From: the human T2T-CHM13v2.0 reference genome, Homo sapiens
Strand: one strand, 5' to 3'
Assembly (NCBI RefSeq): GCF_009914755.1
Contig: NC_060935.1
DNA length: 64,000 nt
Positions 56,075 to 64,000 of this stretch are shown here, piece by piece. The notes beneath the pieces were generated by a model. That model ran no database searches and was not told the origin of the DNA. It saw only the letters and a list, made by a program, of their open reading frames with translations. Numbering within the stretch: position 1 is the first letter of the stretch; each line of letters opens with the position of its first letter. The translations under genes were made by a program, and so were the position numbers.

Positions 56075-57503
56075 GTGAATTAGGATTCTAGTCTTTACTG
56101 AACACATATGCTCATTTTTAGTATTACCTGCTTTCAATTTTTTGATTTTTGAACTTGTGCCAAACATGGTTCCATCCAAGAACATGAGACTTTTATTTTC
56201 CCACAGGACACTGGACCTATTTTAGTTGGTGATACACTGTTAGCCATATAGTCTCTGTGTATCTGTTCCGTCAATAATATAGTTTCTATTTTATCTGTAG
56301 ACACTATAGATGTAGAGCCTACTCAGAAAATGTTGAGAATTAAGCCTCAAGAGTGGAATCCAGAGCAATGTCGCTTACTAGGCAAGAGTAGAAGAAACCT
56401 CAAAGCATACTAAAAAGACAGGACCAAAAGATGTAGGGGAAAACCAGGAAAATGATGTCACTGAGACCAAGGGGTAAGAATATTTAAGGGAGAAATGCTT
56501 TAAAGGGTCAAAATAATACAGCCCAAGTAGTGTCTGTTCACTTAAGGAGATACTAAAATGCACTGGAATCTAAGCCAGACTGTGGTGTGTTGAGGAAAGA
56601 GGAAGTGAGGAAGCAGACAAAATTAATGCAGACAACTTATTCATAAAGACTGGCTTGAAGGAGAGGAAAGGAAGATGTTTATATATTTCAGTGTGATTGA
56701 AGGTGCCAATAAAGACAAGGTTGAGGATGCTGGAGAGAGAAGTGGAATAATTGATGGTGTGATACAGGAGGGAATTTATTAGCCAATATTTATGTAGTGC
56801 ATAATATGCCAGATACTGTTCTGAGGGCTGAAAATATGATTGATAAACGAAATCCCAGCCTTGTGAAGATCACATTCTAGTAGACGTATACAGGCAAATA
56901 CAAGCAAATAAGGTAATTGTAGATAGTAATAATAATTACACAGAAAATAATGCAGTAGTAACTGATTAGTAGGGAGGCTACTTTGGGCAGTCAGGCAATC
57001 TTGCCCATTTGATGAGTGACATTAAACTGTGAGTCCCAAATGATAAGAGTTATCAGGCAGCATTTCTTAATTAAAGAAAATGCCCTACCTCTCCTTCCAG
57101 CAGAGCCTACATTTTCATTACAAATCTCTCTTAGAACTACCACAAACTCTTGCTGTTTTGAACTCCTTTTAGGTAAATTATTTGTAAGGCATAGTAATTT
57201 TTTGTTCCACAGTTATTCCAGTTGTCTTTTTTCCCCCTCAACCATGTATTGTAAGCTACTTTAGAATAAGGACTGCACTTCACTTTTCTTTTGTATCCCT
57301 AACAGAGTATATATAGTACCAATTTGTTTGGCCCTTACTAAAATTTGATTTTCATCACTTAGAACCTCAAACATTGTCCTCAGACATTGTCCTATCAATT
57401 TCTGGTGTATTCTGGCTCCTACCCTATTCCTTCAAATCCATTCCTTCTCTGGTAGTGTTTTGGGGAGTGACACCTTTGATTAAAAAGGAACTTAATGTTT
57501 TAG

Positions 57504-57656
<153 letters not shown>

Positions 57657-57966
57657 TAATCTGTCCATTTAGTAATCTCTTCCTACCGTTAAAAGCTATA
57701 GGACTGCTGAAGTGGCTAAGTTCACTTTTGGGTCTGGGTTGAGGTTTGCTAATATCCTTTGGACACAGTAGCAGATTTTCTGACTCATCTGGATGAAAGT
57801 CCTTTCTGATATTGAGCCAGAGATACACAAGTCTATGGTGCTCTTCTGGCCTTACCCTTCAGCAGCTTGGATTACTGTGTCGGGATAGAATTATCTTCTC
57901 TATAAAAATGTCTGAAGTGTCATATATGTTTGTTGTTGTTGTTCTTTTTATTTTCTCCATGAACAG

Positions 57967-58062
57967 CACATCTACTTTCCAAACCATTTGAGAGCCTTAA
58001 GTTGGAGAGTAAGAAAAAAAGATGGATAATGGAGAAAGAAATACCAAGGAAGACTATTTTTG
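57967..58062 (+). CDS. ZNF215: ZNF215 KRAB-B-like exon (96 nt)
   Basis: Acceptor TTTTCTCCATGAACAG|, reads (A)HLLSKPFESLKLESKKKRWIMEKEIPRKTIF, donor TTG|GTAAGA. Typical 96-nt phase 1-1 KRAB-B exon. Confidence 0.88.
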
Positions 58063-58413
58063 GTAAGAACCAGGTAGATATGAGGCCATAGTAAGAAGCT
58101 TCTGTTTCCTAAACATACAGACAATGTGCAACCCAATCTTTGAATTGTTAGTTGGGAAGGAGATAGCAAAACCTAAACTTTGAGGGGGAAAAGACATTAT
58201 TGGCTTTTGTTCACAGGTTCTTTTTCTTATGTGGTAAAACAGTCACATAAGGTTAGGGATAGGACCACAGACACTTAAAGCTGTGTGACCTGAGAGAGCC
58301 TTTCTGCCAGTTTCCTCATCTGTAACATAGAGTTAATAATAGTATCTACCTCCAGTTACTGTGAGGACTAAATGAGTTGGTGTGCCTAGTACACTTAGAA
58401 TAGTGCATGGTAT

Positions 58414-58706
<293 letters not shown>

Positions 58707-58844
58707 CTACATCAATGAAAATTACCCCACCTAACTTTGAATGTTATTCTTTATTTTAAAGAAAAGAAGTCAACTTTATACTAGAGTGATTTCTAGTAAT
58801 CTTCCATTTTTCCTTTTTTTTTTTTTTTTTAAACTGTATCGCTT

Positions 58845-58932
58845 ATTTTATTTTCTGGGAACGGAGTTCTCACTGTGTTGCCCAGGCTGGCCTCAAACTC
58901 CTGAGCTCAAGTGATCCTCCTGCCTCAGCTTC
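58845..58932 (-). mobile_element. Old Alu left-monomer fragment (FLAM/AluJ)
   Basis: CACTGTGTTGCCCAGGCTGGCCTCAAACTCCTGAGCTCAAGTGATCCTCCTGCCTCAGC. Confidence 0.8.
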
Positions 58933-59779
58933 TACCTGGAGAACTTCTTAACTTTTGCCTTAACTCCCTATCTTCTTCATTTTTGTTTATTCCTCATTCT
59001 TGTTAATACTTTGTAAGAGAAAATAAAATTGTGATATTAATATAAGTTCTAGTAAGTGTAGAAAAATAAGGAATATAACTTGCTCATTACTTCAGTATCC
59101 AGAGCTATGTAGTATTAACATTTTTAAAGCCATTTTCTTTGTTTGTAATGTTTTATCTCTGTGGTTTCTGAATATTTCTTTTCTGAAATTGTGGAACAAT
59201 TTTCAAAATTTTTCCAGAATTCATCAGGAATACGTCATTTTATATCCTCTTTTCACCTAACATACCATCGTGATTACCTATTTCACTAATTTTGAAAATG
59301 TGGTTTCTAATTCCCATAAAATATTCAATTATATCATAATACATTTAACCATTCCCCCTGCCCCTCCACTGTTGGACATTTAGATTGTTGCCAATTTTTC
59401 AGGCATGTCTGATAACTTCCATAGGATACCCTATTAGAAGAGGAACTTGACATTAAAGAGTATAAATATTTTTAGTTGTCTTACATTATGCTAAATTGTC
59501 TACAGAAAGGTTATACCAATTCATACTCTAATAATAGAGTATTATTATCTCTTTATCATCATCCTAGCAAACACTGGGTATTACTTACCCGAATTCTTTA
59601 TTAATTTCATAGGCAAATTACTCTTTTCTTCCTTTCTAAGGTAAATACCCTCGGTCCCCGCTCCCATTGTGCTTTGGACCTCATTTGCCCCTACCTTTTC
59701 TCACTTGTATTTTCACCATTTCTGTCTCATTTTTCCATCAGCTTTTTAAACTTTTCTGGTCGTTACTGATTTTTAAAAG

Positions 59780-61300
59780 TTTTCATTCAACCCTACATCC
59801 TCCTCTAGCTATTACTCTTTTTCTCACCTCTTCTTTGTAGCCAAACTTCTCAAAGTACTTTATGCTTGTTTTTCTCATTTCCTCACCTCCTATTCCGTAC
59901 CCTATTTCAATTTAGCTCTTACCCCAGACATTCACCTGAAACAGTTGTTGCTAAAGTTTTGAATGACTTCATGTAGCTAACTCCAATAGATATTTTTGAG
60001 ACGTTCCTTATCTCACTTGAATTCTCAGCAGCAAGTCACACTGTTAACTATGCCTTTTTCTTAAAACATTTTTAGGTTCTCGTAATACTTCTGATTTTCC
60101 TCTTTGGTTGGCTATTCTATCTCTGTCTTTTGCAGACTTAGCTTTCTCTAGCTATCTGATAAATTTCAGAGTTTGTCAATATTTAATCTTGTTTTGTCTT
60201 CTCTTCTTGCTCTTTTCTTCCCTAGTTTATTACATCCACAACTAAAACTTAAATTATTTCACATATATAGGATTTACAGATGTATATCCTTGGATCAGAC
60301 TTTTTCTCTGGAGATTTATATATGCTATGACATTTCTCTGGGATATCTTAAAGATGCCTTAAATTCCATGAAACTAAAGTCTGATTTTTTTTCCCTTTCT
60401 ACTCTTCTATTATTCCCTGAGTAAATGACACTGCCCTCTACCTAGTTACACAAGATACAGTTTAACTATTCTTGACACAACTTCTTCTCCTTCACTTCTC
60501 TAATATTTGTTCCTATTTTACTTCCCCATTATCTCTTGAATGTCTCCACTTTTGTCCAACTGCAGTGCTGCTTTGCTAGTCTAGGTACCATCATCTCTCA
60601 CCTGAACCACCACATTGGCATACTTCTCAGCTCTATTATTATTGCCGCAACTCCAATCTTGGAACCATACTGCAACCAAGGAGATCAGATTTTGTGATCT
60701 GCATTTTTTAAATACTATATTGATTTCAGTATTGTTTATTTCACAACATTCTATTCTCTGCCTACTTCTCCAATCTCACCTTGCACCACATCCTCCCCTC
60801 ACTCTTTGTACTCAAGCCACACCTATCTACTTTCAGAAAATCAACATCAAATATATATTAAGCATCTATATACTGTGTCCTAAGCACTCTCACAGGTGTT
60901 GGTGTGCAGCAGAGAAAAGATGATTCTAAGGGAACGCATTCTGGTTGTCCCTGGAATGTGGCTTGTGTTCTCCCATCCCAGCTTTTGACATAGGACACTC
61001 TTCCCCCCGTTCTTTACCTAATTGACCCTTATTCCTCAGATCTCAAATAAGTGCACATTTCCTTAAGGAAGTCTTTCCTAACTTGGTTTTTTTCAGTTGT
61101 ACGCTTGTGCAGCACCTTACTCTTCCTTTTAGCAGTTATCACAATTATATTTTACATGTGTCTCTGTGAATATTTGTCTCCCACATTAGGCTGTATGTTC
61201 TTTGAGGGTAGGCATAATGTTTCTTTTTACCCTACCTGTACATCTCCAGCCCGTGGTGCATATAGGAATAAGAGAAAAAAAGACGGATGGATAGATATTA
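59780..61300 (+). mobile_element. LINE-2 fragments
   Basis: Pyrimidine-rich L2 motifs (CACCTGAAACAG..GCTAAAG..AATGACTTCATGTAGCTAA; CTCAGCAGCA..CACTGTT). Boundaries are approximate. Confidence 0.55.
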
Positions 61301-61740
61301 GATAAGAAAGGTAAAAATTATTTTTTGGGTTGTCATTTAGTAAAGGGCTGTTTATGTGGTTTATTGATTAAAACTGTAGGGGTTTTTAATGTATTAACAT
61401 CTTATTTAAATTCTGTGGATCACAGTTGTGGCAAATGGGATATCTCAGAGTTTTGTTTTTTACTTTTATTCATGGTGTCTGCCACACTTTCTTAAAATTT
61501 ATGTAACTCTGTATTTCCCCATTGTTTTATATCTGTTCATTTTACACATGTTTTTCCATCTTAAAACTAGGAAACATTTTCTGATTATATTCTACTTTCA
61601 TCTATCTCCTCATCTAAACATAAGAAATTAATCTGGAATTTACTTCAATAAATGTAACTTATTTTCTCAAATAGTTAATGGATTGTGGTGGATTAAAGAT
61701 GACCACAAAATCTATGTCATAGTCTCCATCATGATGTAGA

Positions 61741-61990
61741 CTTTGCCAAGGCAGGAGGACTTCTTGAAGCCAGGAATTCAAGACCAGACTGGGCACCACG
61801 GCAAGACTCCATCTCTACAAAAAAATAAGCTGGGCATGGTGGTGCATACCTGTAATCGTAGCTGCTTGGAGGATTGCTTGAGTTCAGGAGTTGGAGGCCG
61901 CAGTGAGCTATGATTGTATCACTGCATCCCATCCTGGGCAACAGCAAGACCCTGTCTCTAAAATAAATAAATAAATAACAAAATAAAAAA
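61741..61990 (+). mobile_element. AluJ-type SINE
   Basis: GCAGTGAGCTATGATTG...GCAAGACCCTGTCTCT plus a (TAAA)n tail. Confidence 0.88.
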
Positions 61991-62099
61991 CAGTGAGGAA
62001 GTTATATGAAAAATGAGTTGTACAAACATGAGTAACAAAGATTTAATTAGGGAAATACAATTGGAAATTCTGCTATTACATAAATACTACTAGAACACT

Positions 62100-62820
62100 G
62101 TTTTTGGTTATCTGTTACTTTTAACAGATAACCCAAAACATAGTGACTTAAAAGAGCAATCATTGTATTCTCAAATTTTGTGAGTTGACTGAGGAGTTCT
62201 TATGTTCCATACGATGTTAGCTGGGAATGCAGCATTCCAGGGCTCAAATGGGATGGAATGTCCAAGATGGCACATCACATGGGTGGTAGTTAATGCTGGC
62301 TGATTCTCAGAACTTAACTATTCTTATGGGCCAGAGCACCTGCATGTGGCCTCTCTTTGAGGCTTGGGCTTCTCACAGCAAGGTGGCTGGGTTCTAACAG
62401 GCAACATCCTGAGAGAAATCAGAAGATGTCACCTTAAAGACTAGGTCTAGAAGTGGTATAGTGTCACTTCTGCCACATTCTGTTGGCTTAGCAATCATTG
62501 GATCTGCCCAGATTCAAGGAGAAGCAGAATAAACTCTACTTCAGGATGGGGAGTGTGGCAAAGGATGTGCAGCCATTTTGATCTACCATAATCTGTCCTC
62601 TGGCTACAAAATATTTGTGTTCTTCTCCCTTGCAAAATATATTTACTCTCTCATAATAAGACCCCCAGAGTCTCACCTACTATGGCATCAAGGTTGAAGT
62701 CTAGGATCTCATCTAAATTAGGTCCAGGTTTAGAAGACATTTCTCTCTCTGAAGACTTGTGAATTAAAGGAACAAGCTATCTGCCCCCACACACCCAGTG
62801 TACACTGGTGAGGCGGAGAC
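62100..62820. mobile_element. MaLR MLT1-type LTR with adjoining internal sequence
   Basis: CCCAAAACATAGTGACTTAAAA, GTCCAAGATGG, GTCACTTCTGCCACATTCTGTTGG and GCCCAGATTCAAGG motifs. Confidence 0.65.
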
Positions 62821-63161
62821 AGGAAATTTTATAAAATAATAGAACCAAAGCACAGATTTGATATCGGAGACGAAGGACAATGGTTATTGTTTTTTATGGA
62901 CTCCAGTATAAATATTAGAAAAGCAAAGACTCAAAAATGAAGACACTGAAGTTTTTTCAATATGGAAGATGACTTCAGTCTCTCATTTGTTAAGCTAGAG
63001 GACTATGATAGTCAAGTGGAGATGTCCTAGAAAGTGATGAAAACAAGGAACAGTAATGTATGTGAGTGCGAAGCTGACATGATTTGGTCACCAATAAATG
63101 TTGGAGAATAAAATTATTAGGCATACTTGAAGTTACAAGAAAAAAGTCAGTGAAATTTAAT

Positions 63162-64000
63162 TTTTTTATTTTTATTTTATTATTATTATACTTTAAGTTT
63201 TAGGGTACATGTGCACAATGTGCAGGTTACACTTGTATACATGTGCCATGCTGGTGTGCTGCACCCATTAACTCGTCATTTAGCATTGGGTATATCTCCT
63301 AATGCTATCCCTCCCCCCTCCCCCCACCCCACAACAGTCCCAGAGTGTGATGTTCCCCTTCCTGTGTCCATGTGTTCTCATTGTTCAATTCCCACCTATG
63401 AGTGAGAACATGCAGTGTTTGGTTTTTTGTCCTTGCGATAGTTTACTGAGAATGATGATTTCCAATTTCATCCATGTCCCTACAAAGGACATGAACTCAT
63501 CATTTTTTATGGCTGCATAGTATTCCATGGTGTATATGTGCCACATTTTCTTAATCCAGTCTATCATTGTTGGACATTTGGGTTGGTTCCAAGTCTTTGC
63601 TATTGTGAATAGTGCCTCAGTAAACATACGTGTGCATGTGTCTTTATAGCAGCATGATTTATAATCCTTTGGGTATATTCCCAGTAATGGGATGGCTGGG
63701 TCAAATGGTATTTCTAGTTCAAGATCCCTGAGGAATCGCCACACTGACTTCCACAATGGTTGAACTAGTTTACAGTCCCACCAACAGTATAAAAGTGTTC
63801 CTGTTTCTCCACATCCTCTCCAGCACCTGTTGTTTCCTGACTTTTTAATGATCGCCATTCTAACTGGTGTGAGATGGTATCTCATTGTGGTTTTGAGTTG
63901 CATTTCTCTGATGGCCAGTGATGGTGAGCATTTTTTCATGTGTTTTTTGGCTGTATAAATGTCTGTTCATGTCCTTCGCCCACTTGTTGATGGCGTTGTT
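63162..64000 (-). mobile_element. Young L1PA (about L1PA3/4) 3' end, antisense in ZNF215 intron, running off the window
   Basis: TATTATACTTTAAGTTTTAGGGTACATGTGCAC 3' terminus and a 184-aa open ORF2 C-terminus at 63385-63939. Confidence 0.93.

Noticed and set aside
63955-63970. 17-bp deletion between TGTCT repeats in the young L1
   Set aside because: An ordinary microhomology deletion in an element whose remainder lies outside the window.

Overview
This is primate, almost certainly human, genomic DNA that I recognise as part of the 11p15.4 olfactory-receptor/KRAB-ZNF region. It holds two divergently oriented single-exon olfactory receptor genes, OR2D2 (minus strand, 5993-6919) and OR2D3 (plus strand, 35425-36417). 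The 5' part of ZNF215 follows: a CpG-island promoter at about 40.7-41.5 kb, two probable non-coding exons, and the SCAN, linker, KRAB-A and KRAB-B-like coding exons. The zinc-finger exon is not in the window. The rest is mostly interspersed repeats: a full-length L1PA4-like element (intact ORF1, broken ORF2), many older L1 fragments, Alus, MaLR LTRs, hAT MITEs and microsatellites. I see no RNA genes, no CRISPR array and no clear evidence of a wholly new biological system. Most short ORFs in the track are repeat-derived. The best second-look items are: (1) ZNF215 exons 4-6 would form a 312-nt, stop-free, in-frame KRAB circle flanked by inverted Alus; (2) an LTR-RNA/L1 chimeric retro-insert inside one TSD places a poly(A) signal just behind OR2D2; (3) a templated-insertion-plus-duplication scar at 28.5 kb; (4) a tail-less AluY with a TSD; (5) the L1 antisense promoter/ORF0 points at OR2D2; (6) both OR2D receptors have lost the same ECL2 cysteine pair. 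Repeat subfamily names and non-coding exon calls were made by eye and need software or RNA confirmation.
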